A stretch of DNA of 63,620 nt, the filler included, from Octopus bimaculoides (lineage: Eukaryota), in NCBI RefSeq assembly GCF_001194135.2. It is 7 parts of 7 records of this genome, joined end to end, with 100 filler letters (N's around TTAATTAATTAA, not from the genome) between each part and the next. Parts side by side here need not be neighbours in the genome. Positions count along the whole stretch, not along the records: positions 12,118 to 34,718 come from NC_069003.1; 6 more parts are not named here. The stretch is one strand, 5' to 3'. Of the stretch, positions 13,716 through 27,692 are shown in pieces. The notes beneath the pieces were generated by a model that had not been told where the DNA came from, did no database searches, and worked only from the letters and a program-made list of their open reading frames with translations. How positions within the stretch are numbered: the first letter of the stretch is position 1; each line of letters begins with the position of its first letter. The position numbers and the translations under genes were made by a program.

Positions 13716-15574
13716 AGGAAAAAAAAAAAACCTACAACTAGAGCTTACTTGTTCCAAGCATAACCAAGCATAGATTCTCATTGAAATTTCTGTACAGTCG
13801 ATGGTCACTAGTGATATATATATGNNNNNNNNNNNNNNNNNNNNNNNNNNNNNNNNNNNNNNNNNNNNNNNNNNNNNNNNNNNNNNNNNNNNNNNNNNNN
13901 NNNNNNNNNNNNNNNNNNNNNNNNNNNNNNNNNNNNNNNNNNNNNNNNNNNNNNNNNNNNNNNNNNNNNNNNNNNNTCTCTTATATAAAATTTGTTTCAT
14001 TCTGCCTCATAACTGATAATGTATATATATATATTATCAGTTATGAGAAAGAATAAAACAAATTTAATATAAGTAACAGAAACGTTATATAATTTTATAC
14101 ATAGTTATATATAGTTTTACATATAGTCATGCCTTATGACAGCTAATATTGTTAACGTCGGTTTTTACGCCAACTGCTGCATCTAAGCAATATTGGCGAC
14201 TCTTCAGCGTACCAGTTTGAGTCAAAACTGTTTTCGCTTTTGAAGATCGAAGTAAATAACATACAGAATACTGATTTCCACAACGGTACACAGTTTCTCT
14301 TCTCTATCCTAAATTATTATGTCAGGTCTATTGTGTTTACATTTTATTGAGGTTTTCCTAGGACATTCCACCAGTACTCCTTTATTACGAGTGGCTATAG
14401 CTTCCACCCTACTATCTGTCTTTCTGTCTGTCTGACTGTCTGCATGTATGTATATATGCGCGTGAGTGTTAGTGTACGTTTGTGCGAGCGTGTGTGAGGA
14501 CAACCTCAAAATATGGTATTCTTTCAGCATGAACTTAATCTCTAACACCCTCCCCATAAAAGCGTAAATGCAAGGTTTAAATTCGTGTCCACCTGATAAA
14601 TTCTACAACTCAGAAGCAGTAATTCGTGAGTTAGCGGTCACTTTTATAAAATACCCAACAAATAGTGAACACGTAGGCATGGCACTGGTATGACAGACGG
14701 AGAGTTGAGGCGAAGATTTTATATTCATCCATAATCCATTAGTTAATAGTTAATAAGAAAATAAAATTACTGACTACACCAACCGAACATCACTCACAAG
14801 AATTAAGTGAGAACCTAGTCTCTGACATCAATATCGAGATATAATACGACATATAGCAAGGTAAAAACGGTTATATCATGATATATAATGAGCTTTCGGA
14901 CGAGTTGACGCACATCTATCATGGTTCACTTCTAGTTATATATTTTATTTTCCTTTAATACTAATTTGCTTCTGCATGTTTCATCCTGAGAGCCAGAAAA
15001 TAACGACGCTCTGAAGAGTTGTGTTATATGCTAGAGTACAATTCATATATACGGAACAGTGGTGTTGCTACATTCAAACACCAGTAAAAGAAGCAACATA
15101 TGTAACTGGCAAATTTCCACCAAAAATTATACACCACTATCCCACAAACATACGGTATTCTTTTACTTCAAACCCACCTACAACGGCTCTTGAACGGCAG
15201 GTTTTTACGATATTTATAGTAGAATCGCTCTTTCCAGAAGATCAGCGTTAATAGGGGGCAGGTAGTTAATTATATCGATGCTATTATTTGACACGTACTT
15301 CTCTTATCGATAAACGTCCTGGCTAGCTCTTTAGTAAGTTGGTCAACTTAAAAATTATTTTAAGAGTTATTTATTAAAATCCCAAAAGATTAAAGATCTA
15401 TGTGACAATTTAGAAAGCATTATTTTGAATGGGATATTTAAAATTTGTTTCTTAAAATTAATTTGAATCTGCAAAGTTTAGGATATGCAGAATGTAACGA
15501 TGATGAATATATAATTAATAAGAAAGTTATAAACATTAATTAAAACTGAACGGCAGATATTTCCGAGCTTTACT

Positions 15575-15775
15575 AGAACTTTGCATCGCCCGCTTGAGAA
15601 CAGATGCTGGTGCGTTTATGACCCCGTAACTTAGCGGTTCTGCAAAAGAGACGGATAGAATAAGTACTAGGCTTACAAAGAATAAGTCCTGGGGTCGATT
15701 TGCTCGACTGAAGGCGGTGCTCCAGCATGGCTACAGTCAAATGACTGAAACAAGTAAAAGAGTAAAGAGTATATA
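15575..15775 (+). mobile_element. SINE family A, 3' part
   Basis: ttagcggttctgcaaaagagac...gaaacaagtaaaagag. Confidence 0.85.
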
Positions 15776-16579
15776 NNNNNNNNNNNNNNNNNNNNNNNNN
15801 NNNNNNNNNNNNNNNNNNNNNNNNNNNNNNNNNNNNNNNNNNNNNNNNNNNNNNNNNNNNNNNNNNNNNNNNNNNNNNNNNNNNNNNNNNNNNNNNNNNN
15901 NNNNNNNNNNNNNNNNNNNNNNNNNNNNNNNNNNNNNNNNNNNNNNNNNNNNNNNNNNNNNNNNNNNNNNNNNNNNNNNNNNNNNNNNNNNNNNNNNNNN
16001 NNNNNNNNNNNNNNNNNNNNNNNNNNNNNNNNNNNNNNNNNNNNNNNNNNNNNNNNNNNNNNNNNNNNNNNNNNNNNNNNNNNNNNNNNNNNNNNNNNNN
16101 NNNNNNNNNNNNNNNNNNNNNNNNNNNNNNNNNNNNNNNNNNNNNNNNNNNNNNNNNNNNNNNNNNNNNNNNNNNNNNNNNNNNNNNNNNNNNNNNNNNN
16201 NNNNNNNNNNNNNNNNAGGGTCTGCTAGTTAGGAAATATATGTAGCTTTGTTTTATACGCTCATCTAGGATCAGGTACAGCAGGATGTGAAGTGGTTTCT
16301 TGAAAGCATCCACCCCCACCCATGAATATGTATACACCTATACACAAATATCCACACTTACGCACACATGCTAGTCCTCCCCCCTCCCGACGCCCCACAC
16401 ATTTATGCACAGTATATGTACGCTATATACACGCACATACACATACGGATACGGTGCATATACAAATATCTACATTTTTGTATATGATGATGATGGTGAT
16501 AATGATGATATACAAGTCAAGCAGCACTAATGGTGAGCATGCATAACAATATCAACAGCAAGATGGACAATGATAATAA

Positions 16580-16762
16580 TATTAATCCCTTCTAGAAAAG
16601 GCACAAGAGCAGAAATTTTGCGGGAGGAGACAAGTCAGTTACCATCGGTCCAGAAAGGATGAAAGGCAAGGTCGACCTCGGCGGAATTAAGACCGTAAAG
16701 ATGGACGAAATGCCGCTAAGTATTTTGCTCGGCAGACTAACGATTCTTCCAACTCGCTGCCT

Positions 16763-16763
<1 letters not shown>
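16580..16763 (-). mobile_element. SINE family B inserted beside (GAT)n
   Basis: Reverse complement of family B; flanked by (GAT)n at 16764-16840. Confidence 0.8.
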
Positions 16764-16831
<68 letters not shown>

Positions 16832-16940
16832 CGACGACGACAATAACAGTAACAACAATAATAAGAAGAAGAAAGAAAAGTCGATAGATATGACAGGTTA
16901 GCTTGCGAGGTTAAGCAGTTGTGGTCGATGAAAAAGGGGA

Positions 16941-17968
16941 TAAGATGTTCAACTTCACTAGAATGCTTCTCGTGCCATTCAGTAACAACTTTAGCTGAGT
17001 GAATTGGTGCATTATCATCCTGAAAGATTGGGTTTCCCTCCAGAAACTGTTCCGCAACCATAGGACGAATTTGATACGATAAAATGCTTAAATAGTTTTG
17101 ACTATTCATTCTGCCACGAAGGGAAACCATTGAACCGGCGGATTTCCAAGATATAGCCACCCACCAGATCATCACAGATCCTCCTCCATGTTTAACAGTT
17201 AGAAGAAGGCAGTCTTGGTCAAATGCTTCTTTTGGCTGTCTCCACACGTATACTCGGCTGTTGGTCGGAAATAAGATAAAGGATGACTCGTCCTAGAAAA
17301 TAACATTCTTCCACTGCTCTAAGGACCAATTCTGTAAGTTTTTACTCCACTCTAAACGCTTTGCAACGTTTGTTTTAGAAAGTAGTGGTTTTCTGATTGT
17401 AGCTCTCCCGTGAAATACGGCTTTGTGCTGCTCCTGGTGAACAGTTTTTGTGGAAATTGGGTTCTCGAGGTGATCATTAAGCTCTGCAGTAATTTGGGGA
17501 GCTGTACATTTGTGATCCTTTCTAACAACTCGCGTAAGAGTCCGATGGTCCCTATCTGAAAGTTTTGGGTTTCTTGCGGAGTTTTGTTTCGACGAGGAGG
17601 TTTTCCCTCTTTCGAAACAGTACTTCTTGATACACCAAACATTTCGGCTGTTTTCGTTTCGCTAGCGCCTGCCTTACGAGCAACANNNNNNNNNNTTTCG
17701 GCTGTTTTCGTTTCGCTAGCGCCTGCCTTACGAGCAACAACAATTTGACCTCTTTGAAAGTCCTATAGCCCTGTCGTTTTAATGAATTTTAATTACCTTT
17801 TCTGATGATATCTGAAAAGAAACAGCAAGTTTATCAAAACATATAAAGCAACAATAATAATAAATAAATAAAACATATAAATAAAGAAGATTTTGACGGT
17901 TTTATATATATTTCAAAATTATGATGCTATCATGCTAGGTGTTTCCATTATTTCGTTCAACCCCTGTA
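16941..17968 (-). mobile_element. Tc1-family transposon, 3'-truncated and frameshifted
   Basis: Translations GVSRSTVSK (HTH), TVKHGGGSVMIW and IFQDDNAPIHSAKVVTEW. Terminal TA-CAGGGGTTGAACGAAATAATGGAAAC at 17968-17941. Breaks off before the final E. Confidence 0.9.
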
Positions 17969-17984
17969 CTTTATCTCCTGATTG

Positions 17985-18112
17985 ATTTGACTATCACTTG
18001 GTCTGATTATCACTTGGCTGATTATCACTTGGTCTGATTACCACTTGGTCTGATTATCACTTGGTCTGATTATCACTTGGTCTGATTATCACTTGGTCTG
18101 ATTACAACTTGG
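17985..18112. repeat. 16-bp minisatellite (CTGATTATCACTTGGT), about 8 copies
   Basis: Directly visible, immediately outside the Tc1 terminus. Confidence 0.9.
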
Positions 18113-19519
18113 TTGAAGTAAATCTGTAAAGGTGAAGTCTTTGTAAGAGTCTTAGTGCAATGTTACTAATTCAGCTCCGTCTGTCTACATTTCAATTACC
18201 TTATTGGATTACCTTGCCTTCATGGTCTTATATGAAGCAGAATGAATCACTTCAATGTATACACATAATTTCGTGTTTTCCCCTCCATTGCACTTCTTTC
18301 TCATTATGTAACACAATTCCTTTGCTATTATGATACAATATCGTGAATTTGATACAAATGTATAGTGAAATGTGCTAAACAAATATAACTTTGCCGGCAA
18401 ATGAATATTTTTGTTTTGAAGAGTTAAAATATTGTTATATCTTAGTCATTTAAGGTAGGTCTGAATATTGAAAAGACTCGTCTCCAAGAATTAGGACAAC
18501 CTACATATTGAAAACGAAGTAATAAAGAGTTCAGAAGAGTTACTTAGGGTATAATGAAATTTTGTAGAACATTAAGATTCCATAACAGCTCCGCTCCCTA
18601 CGAAATATCGAAAAAGAAACTAATGAAGATAGTCAACATATCTCACTAATGATATCGTTGCTTTTGCACTAATTTCCCACAATATATTGATTACTCGAAG
18701 TGTTGGTATTAAATATTTAGTGTACGTGTAGTATATCAATTAAAAGACTTATGTCTTCTAGAGCAACATAGCTAAATTAATGTTATTTTCTTTCCGAAGA
18801 AACAAAACAGGAATTCTACCAACGACAGGGATGTTCGTCTGAAAGTATGTAGTAGCCAATAAAACAGTTTTATTTAATTCCGTCCTCTGATTGATGAAAA
18901 ACAGCAGATGACAAGATCTATTCGTGATAGAAGCACTTCGTCGCATGAGAACATATTATATTAAAAGAAAATTAAGAAGACAGTCAAATAATTATCAAAG
19001 CGCCATGTCAAAGTTGAAAATACAAACTTCATGAAGGCTTGTTGACATGTCCATAAAGAATGTCTCTTTTTGTTGTCAGAGATCAAACGATTTGTACCGA
19101 CTAGACCTTCTGTTGTAAAAATGGCAAATAATTGAATTAATTATGAGGTTTATGTCGCTATTTTCTTGTTATTTTACCTCCTTTATAATAGATGTTAGAT
19201 GAACCAACTAACCGGCTTTCTTGGTGGCAAAACACTACAAGCAAGATGTTAAATACGAGAGTTAACAGGCGAGGGATTTGCCCATTGACACTAACAGGCG
19301 AGGTCTATTGACCTAAACGTTGCTGTAAAACCGAAGTATTTATCATTATTAATGTATTTGACGTTTTAGCCATTGACTGAGCAGTTCGAATACTTTATCA
19401 TGAAATGTTAATGTTAAGCACGCAAGCTGCACGTGAAGTACCAAAATTTATACACACACACTCACACACATTCATTGTATAAACTGAATTATATATGATA
19501 TTTACAAACGCATATCAAC

Positions 19520-19635
19520 TAGTGGTTAGGGTTTTCCGTCTCACAATCATAATGTCGCATGTCGTGTTCTTGAGCAAGGCACTTCATTTTATGTTTCTCC
19601 AGTATACTCAGCTGAAAAAATGAGTACCTGTAGAG
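19520..19635 (+). mobile_element. SINE family C head, degenerate
   Basis: ttgagcaaggcacttcattttatgtttctccagt...aaaaatgagt matches 43095-43150. Confidence 0.55.
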
Positions 19636-20653
19636 TGACAGTGTAGCTCTTTCTTTCGTTTATGCTAAAACAATTAGTGAAAATGTGGTACAGGTTACCA
19701 AGTCATACTCGTTGGCCGTTTAGGATATTTCATATAACTTTATTTCATATCAGACGCAATTATTTATGATTTCCAATTTGTTACACATTATATTTGAATA
19801 ATTGTGGCTGTTCAATTAAGAGGACGTGGGTTTATGTTTCTATTTTTGCAGGTAATGTTCGATTATTTTATTCTCATGAAGTTTTCTGGGTATTATTTCT
19901 AAATATTTTCATGCTCTTTAGTTAATACAAGCGTCAGAAATATCGATTACAATACTTGGAAGCATCGGGTGAATATTCACCAATCGATACGTGATGTAGA
20001 AAAAATTAACGATAAATGTTAGGCTCGTTTTTTTATTTTTTTATTGAACTTAATTTCCTGTAATGATTAATTTAAAATGGAATATGTGGTCAACTGCACT
20101 AAACTGATCGGACTGACGGAATAAGGGAGGCAAGTTTTAGGCCATTTAGAGACCCTTTTCAACTTTTTCAAGAATGTTCTTGACCCTACTGAACAGTTGG
20201 GAATGAGAGGCGACTAGTCTTTATTTGTTCGTCTCTATAGGTGACATGTATGCCTTTGCATAAGTATTTTAACAGAATCTATGTTTTTAATTATTAATAT
20301 ATTTTCTAAAGTGTTTATGTTTTTTATACTCTCATATTTTGCAAATAGTTTAACAGGAAATAATTTTTATCGGTGAATTATTTTCATCCTATATACATAT
20401 ATATAGTGATTACTGATCACTTATCTTCCTTTGTATCTTCTACATATCTATGTATACATCGCTGTGTCCAATTCTACGCGAAGACAGAGAGATACCAAAT
20501 GTAACGCCTTGGTGTTCAATAAGACAGTGGAAGTGTCATTTTCCAAATTTCCTTTGAACCGAATATCTAGAAGGAAATCCTGGAATAACACCCGTTTCAT
20601 TGCGAAGCCAGAGATTTTACTTTTGCCTGTTTGTGAACTTCTTGACTTTATAG

Positions 20654-20737
20654 ATGAGAGACCTAGCGGTGTTGTGCAAACAGTTATTGACTTTAAATTC
20701 TAGCACAGATATTGCTGACAGCCATTGTCTTTAACAG
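20654..20737 (+). other. Candidate non-coding exon
   Basis: ...gactttatag acceptor and CAG|GTGAGT donor; stops in all three frames. Confidence 0.3.
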
Positions 20738-21075
20738 GTGAGTGGCTTTGATGACCTCTGGCGAAGAGAAAGTGACGCGTTCAAACCAGACAAGCTTGTG
20801 CCAACATAACTAACTTCATACCTTCATTTCAAACTGTCTTGCAAAAATCACCCAGAAAGAGTCGATGAAGTTTTAAGCGACAAACATAAAGCGAGCAAAG
20901 CGAGTATCATAGATAGAAAAGCAGTGAAACAGTTTAGTCGTGGGTATGTGGACATAGTGAGTATGATGTATACCCACTGTCGCTTCACAATCGGTATTTC
21001 TATTAAAGGCAAGCCGACAGAGGGAGTTCCTCTATATAGGTGCTCGACCTGCTATCACTGAGTGTATTTGTTTTC

Positions 21076-21125
<50 letters not shown>

Positions 21126-22357
21126 NNNNNNNNNNNNNNNNNNNNNNNNNNNNNNNNNNNNNNNNNNNNNNNNNNNNNNNNNNNNNNNNNNNNNNNNNNN
21201 NNNNNNNNNNNNNNNNNNNNNNNNNNNNNATATATATGTATGTATATATGTATGTATGTGTGTGTGTGTGTGTTTGTGTATGTGTGCGTGTATGTGCGTG
21301 CGTGTGTGTGTGTGTGTGTGGTGTGTGTGTATGTGTGTGTGGTGTGTGCATGTGCATGTGTGTGTGTGTGTTGGTCTTTATAACGTATTCCATCTACTGA
21401 AATATCTATTTTACTAGATACATACTCGTAAATATATTCAATGTACTTCCATGAGGCTTTAATCCGCAGAAAGAAGAACCAAATCTCACTGCAACCAAGT
21501 TGTAGCTAAACTCGGTGCTTATTGTCTTCTTACCCTTACAACATGACGAGATGTTACGACACTTGTTTTCTAATAAAATGAAAATAATTTCAATATGTTT
21601 AACCAGTGTCTAAGACAAGAGTCTTTAGTAGAAGCAGCTATTGATAGATGAACTATTAAGTGTCGCTTCCTATGAGGAGGAGGAGGTGTTATTTGCAGTA
21701 GCGATGGGGCGCTGTCAGAAATAAGATGTCTTTTGCCCTGAAAACATTTCGTCAAGTAGATTTATGAAGATTTATTATATAGCCCTTCTGAATGGAATAC
21801 ACACATGTTTTATATTATTTAGTTTACATGGAGCTGTTGCAATGCTTTGACATCCACAGTGTATTGAAAATTAATTTATATGAAAAGTTAGATTGCTATA
21901 AATTTCTATATTGAAAAAAGAAAAAAACGGTTCTGCCTATTTTTGTTTTGTGAATTATTGAAATTCTAATCTTTCTGTTAAGATAATTATTTAATTGTAT
22001 TTTCAATTGGTTATTTTATAAATTTTAGATTTTAAAAGTTTTTTATAATTTATCGTAAATATTTAACCTGGACACTATGTAAGGAATTTTCTTTTCTGGA
22101 GACAGATTTGGAGTGATTAGGAAATATTTGATGTACAGGACTTGTATTGAAATGAAGTTTCGTTAGAAAATGGAAGATAGTAAAACCACTAATTCTATGT
22201 ATGTGGCCTTCTTCAATTCTCCTTCAAACAGTCATACAATCGTTGCTCTTATTTTTAGCATTGTAGGTGTTCCAACAGCCTCAATCATATTTAATGACAA
22301 TTATAGTTTTCCGTTTTGGTGATACATTGCTAAACCGCTTTAATTATATATATATAT

Positions 22358-22432
<75 letters not shown>

Positions 22433-22440
22433 CACGACAC

Positions 22441-22930
22441 ACGAGGTGGTATCAAAAATTCCAGGAGTAGTTATGATTAATACAGAAATGACTTATTTAC
22501 CTAAGTTTTAATAGCATCGCCTTCGAAATAGTCACCTTGCACAACAATACACCATTCCGGATGTCCCTGCCACTTGACAACAGGGTTAAAAGATGGAAGT
22601 CTGCAGGTGATAAATCTGGCGAATAGGGTGAGTGCGGAAGCGATACCTCGTTGTTTTGGCAAGAAACTCACGAATGAGGAGAGCTCAGTGAAGAATCCAG
22701 TTCTTCAAACGCCACAGATCCGGTTGCTTTCACTGAATATTCTTTCTCAGACATTTCAAAACGTCGCAGTTGAACTCTCGTTTGACGGTCTGGTCCCGGG
22801 AAACAAATTCTCGATGCATAATACCACATTTCCGGGGGTGACGCTTGTGGCAGGCCTTCCAGATCGTTCATTGTCTTCCAGGGACGTTCTTCCGATTTTG
22901 AAGCGCCCATGCCACTCAAAGAAATGATAC
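22441..22930 (-). mobile_element. Internally deleted mariner (DD34D-type) remnant
   Basis: Terminus acgaggtggtatcaaaaa. Minus strand reads EWHGRFKIGRTSLEDDERSGRP, joined directly to HREFVSRDQTV...DVLKCLRKNI.KQPDLWRLKNWILH. Confidence 0.8.
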
Positions 22931-23060
22931 TCTAACTTGAAACAAATTATTAAATGATCTTTTTATCAAATATTTCGTCTTGTTGAACGTTCTTATCTCA
23001 TTAGTATATTTGTTTTCCATTAAATAGTTAACAAATGAATATTTTAAAATCATAAAAATA

Positions 23061-23118
<58 letters not shown>

Positions 23119-23969
23119 TATTATTATCATCATCATCATCATCATCATCATCATTATTATTATTATTATTATTATTATAAATAATTGTGTTATTTAGTAG
23201 AAAAACCTATCATATTAAGAGTCGACTAAGTTGCTTTCAATTCTACTTGAATCCGCCTCATTTTACCTACACTTCTGATTTCTTTAATGAAGCATTTCTA
23301 TCTCTATACACATTTCCATATTGGTTCTAATTGTGAAAATATAGAATAAAAAGAAATGAAGAAAAAAAGGCAAACAGCAATGATTATTATTTTATAACCA
23401 GAAGCAATGTTTTGTTATGAAACGTGATTTGAGCTGAAAATATGGCTCCCGTTTTTATTAGAAGCACTGCTTTGGGGAATCGAGTCCCATATTTCCCCAC
23501 AATAAGCCTTCTTAAAAGAAGTTTATTTCTTTGACGTTTAACATTATTACAGTTAGACGTTCATTTGCTATATCCACTAAACAAACAGTTAATCAGTTTT
23601 CTTTTCAGCGTAGTTTACATTTAATAGACAATTGAATATATTTAATTTTATTTCTTAGTTTAAACGTCAAACGAAGATGTCTTGTGCGCATTTTTTAAAA
23701 GCTCTATATGTATGTCTGCGTGTACATACATACATGTATATTTCTTTATCATGTGTGTGTGTGTGTCTATGTGTCTATGTGTGGATGTATATATATATGT
23801 ATGTATGTGTGTGTGTATGTATGTATAATTTTCGAGCCAAAAGTAAAGTGTTCGATACGCACCGTTGTTAAAACTATTAGTGTGTCTGTCAGTAAACTGG
23901 ATTACGTCCTCATACCTAAAGGTTTCATGTGTTTGGCGTTAGTCAAATGAACCACCAGTGTGTCTTTCT

Positions 23970-24092
23970 AAACATATGGTTCCGGGTTCAATCCCATTGT
24001 GTGGCACTTTAGCAAGTGTCTTCTATTATAGCCTCGGACTGACCATAGCCTTGTGAGTGGATGTGGCAGACGGAAACTGAAAGTAGCCGGTC

Positions 24093-24155
<63 letters not shown>

Positions 24156-24362
24156 TGTGCGTGTTTTCGTGTCTACGTTTGTCCCCTACCATCTGTTGAC
24201 AACCAATGTTGGTATGTTTACGTCCCCATAATCTAGCTGTTCGGCAAAAGAGACCGATTTAATAAGTGCTAGGCTTCAAAAATAAGTCCTGGGATCGATT
24301 TTTCCGACTAAAACCCTTCAAATGGCCGCAGTCAAATGACTGAAACAAGTAAAAGAAAAGAA
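23970..24362 (+). mobile_element. SINE family A, near full length
   Basis: B-box-like ggttcaatccc, gcaagtgtctt core, internal (TA)n, family A 3' part. Confidence 0.85.
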
Positions 24363-24604
24363 TATTACAGTCTCACCGATGAGTACACTAGACTAGCACA
24401 AAACAGCACGAAATCATCACGCAGGTAATAATCCAGTTTAACACAAAATTATTTTGTAAACACACACACACACTCAAACATACACATGTTCGTATGTATG
24501 TTTATGCATGGGTGTATAGTGGTATACTTTACGTGAGTTGGAATGATTCTATATATATATGTGGAACACTTTGTGTGTGTGTGTATGTGAGTGTGTGTGT
24601 ATGT

Positions 24605-24639
<35 letters not shown>

Positions 24640-24707
24640 CGCGTGCGTGTTTCTGTTACTTTTATTATTCTTCGGCTTTCCACTTTCGTTTCTATCTCTT
24701 TCCATAG

Positions 24708-24758
24708 TACCTTAAGCGAAATAAGTACGGCACTGCTCCTGCATGTCGCAGACTCCAT
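24708..24758 (+). other. Candidate 51-nt exon
   Basis: Long pyrimidine tract ending tttccatag and donor GTAAGT. Two open frames (YLKRNKYGTAPACRRLH; TLSEISTALLLHVADS); no recognised homology. Confidence 0.35.
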
Positions 24759-27631
24759 GTAAGTATATATCTGTTCTATTTATTTTCTAAGATTTATATG
24801 TTGGCTATCAAAGTTAAATTTGCTCAGAGTTGTCTCCATTCTACTAAAGACCATATTCACTCACCATTGCATTTCATACTGAATTAATTATAATTAAAAC
24901 TTCGGAGTTATTTCCCTTACCTTTATTGATAAGAATTATTCATTTAGATGATGATTGTTCTCGTTAATAAATGTGTAATTTCAATTAATTAAAGCTACCT
25001 GGCTTACGAGTATTTTAATACTTACTTTATTATCTAGTTTTCATATATTAGACGTCCCTGGGTAACTTTTTCGGACGTTATTTTGGGAAATAAATCTCTT
25101 TATCTCTAACTTCTAAGTCCTAACAGTCGTAATCTGACTGCATCGTTGAAGAGTCTAATAATGAAGACACATGTCCGGCGTTATCATAATGCAGCTAAAG
25201 ATCAGACGTCCTTCCTACTGAATTCTATGTTCACCAAAATTAGCTATTTAAATAATGGTTTTTCACTTTTCATTGATTGATACGTCAAGTATGCTAGCGC
25301 CCACTTTACTCATAAACTACATGAATCCCTGCTCGGCATTTCAAACAAACGAAGAAGACAGTTTAGGATGCTTCGTCAGAGACAGCGATGCTTAAGCTTT
25401 CTAAAACATTTTGATATCTAAAAATTAAATCACTTCACTCCTTTGTGAAAAAATATATATATACGTTCAAAGAAAAAAGAGATAGAATAATTTACAAATA
25501 TTGTACAATCGAGTTCATATTAATATCACATGCAGAATGATGGATGACAGATTCGGTAGATCAGCTGATTAAAAGCTCATGGTGTTTGGTGACATCCCTT
25601 TATGTTTTACGTTCAGAGGAATCTCACCAAGATTGTTCAATGAGGTGATAGATAAAATAAGAGTTAAGTACTTAAGGTTTATATAACATGAGTTGTTTGT
25701 CAGAAAAAAATATCACGTATTTGAGCCTGCATACATATTTTGGTACAGCGAAAAATAATGTTTCACAATAATTTACTTCGATTTTTTTGATATAATAGTT
25801 TATATCAACGTTCATTTCCTATTTAAGTGCAAATTTCCTTCAGGACTTAATTTTAGTGATGACGAATAGATTTAATATAGAATAACAACAATAATAAAAA
25901 TCAATTTACGTCCGGCGATATTGGGTATTGCCTCGATTGGACTAAATATTCAGTGTATTTCTCGTACTTATAGAAAAGAACATTCTTAAAATGGTTGTAG
26001 CTCTGATGATTTTTTCTTTGTTTTGTTGTGGCTTTTGACTTGAGAGTGACTGAAATCTAATTTTACTTTTGCCTTTGAATAGGCTAAAATGTAATTGGTG
26101 TTGTCCGTGTCAGCATGCCATACCTATACAAATTTGCAGCTTGTGTCCTTTACTCTCAGTTATTTTTGTCCTTATTAAATTGTAGATTTGTCAATCTAAA
26201 TATGAATGACTTTCAAACTTGGTTTCAATATAACATAAAAATGCTAATATTGTGTGCATACGTAATTCTATTTTTATAAAGAATTGCCATAAATAAATGA
26301 AGTTGTATAAAACATGTTTTTATTCTATTTAGTTTCAATATATTAAAACTATTTATTTGATTTCTAACTTAATAAATACCAGAGATTCCAACGTTTGTTA
26401 CATTATAACTAATATACTGATTTCTAATACTGATTTTTCTAATATTGACTTTTTAAACAATATTCTTCATGGAAAGAGGACACATTTTAAACAACAGCAG
26501 TTTTGTGTTTTTACTTGAACAAAATTATCTATTCGTATTTCCTTTACTAATTTATAAAAAAAAAAAAATTAAATGCATATTTCATGTGTCTATGTAAATT
26601 ATAAGCAGTTGCTGTATATGGACAGTTTTTCAATACAAACTTTTCCAGTCATCTACAAAAGTACTCGAAGCTACTTTAAAACATGTGTCGTATTCGGTTA
26701 TGTTTACTCACTTGGACCTGGTTGCTATGTTACAAAAGTCACCCCTCCAAATAAAAAGAGCCTCGATATTCTAAGTAGAAAAAGTTTATTCATTGGAGCT
26801 TAGTATATTTAAATTTTCTCCAAAATATTTTTCCGTCCTAGCATGTATCCACCTTCGTGCAGGGAGTGAGATGCTGCAGCCCACCATTAAAAAGATCCTG
26901 AAGTGCACGCTAACCACAACGAAGAGATAAGTGGCAGAATTTGAACTCAGAACGCAATGAGTCAGAACAAACAGTAAAAGGGATTTGTCCAGCGCTATCA
27001 TTACACCAATCCATTTCCCTACACCGGAACCCTATTTACCAAAGCATAAAAGGAAAAGCAGACTTCGGAGGGATTTGAATAGGGAGCATAGAATAACGAA
27101 ATGAATATCTAACGATTTGCCTATTTGCCGCAATTCTATCCTAAGTATCAGTAAATAAAAATCTGAAAGAATAAATTCGGACGAGTTTATTTGCAAATAA
27201 AGCATCGCTCCACTTACGAGTCTTGAAATAACCCAGCAAATCTGACAAATATTTTGTCACGAATAGTACCGCAAACCCCTCAATAAATAATTAAAAATAA
27301 GTTAGCAGAATTACTGCTGAGGCATTAGCGAACATGAGAAATATGGGTCACAGTTAAACAATTCACACGCATCAATCATATCCAACAAATACGTAAGAAA
27401 ATACAGGTTTAGAGACGGAATAAGTCCTGCTTCTGCAAACGAAGGTCATCGCAGCTTTTGATGAGCCACCGTATGCAACGAATCGGAGGAAGTTGTTCTG
27501 AATTTGCTAATCACTTTAATGAGGTAATGTACATCATAGTACAAGAGGTTTTTTTCTCCTTTCATCTATTTATCTACCTATCTATCTGTCTATCTGTCTG
27601 TCTATCTACCTATCTATCTATCTATCTATCC

Positions 27632-27692
<61 letters not shown>

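Noticed and set aside
14160-14210. Minus-strand CUGAAGA with a 6-bp stem (CGCCAA/UUGGCG)
   Set aside because: No GAAA after the stem and no stem I; similar failures at 15013, 25380 and 49200.
17636-17745. Direct repeat within the Tc1 element
   Set aside because: Identical copies flank a 10-N gap; overlapping contig ends.
18780-18950. Possible Helitron helicase C-terminus on the minus strand (DEVLLSRIDL)
   Set aside because: One short motif; downstream motifs not recoverable.
27445-27466. Partial similarity to miR-2 (gcagcttttgatgagc)
   Set aside because: Only the 3' half matches; no seed match and no hairpin.
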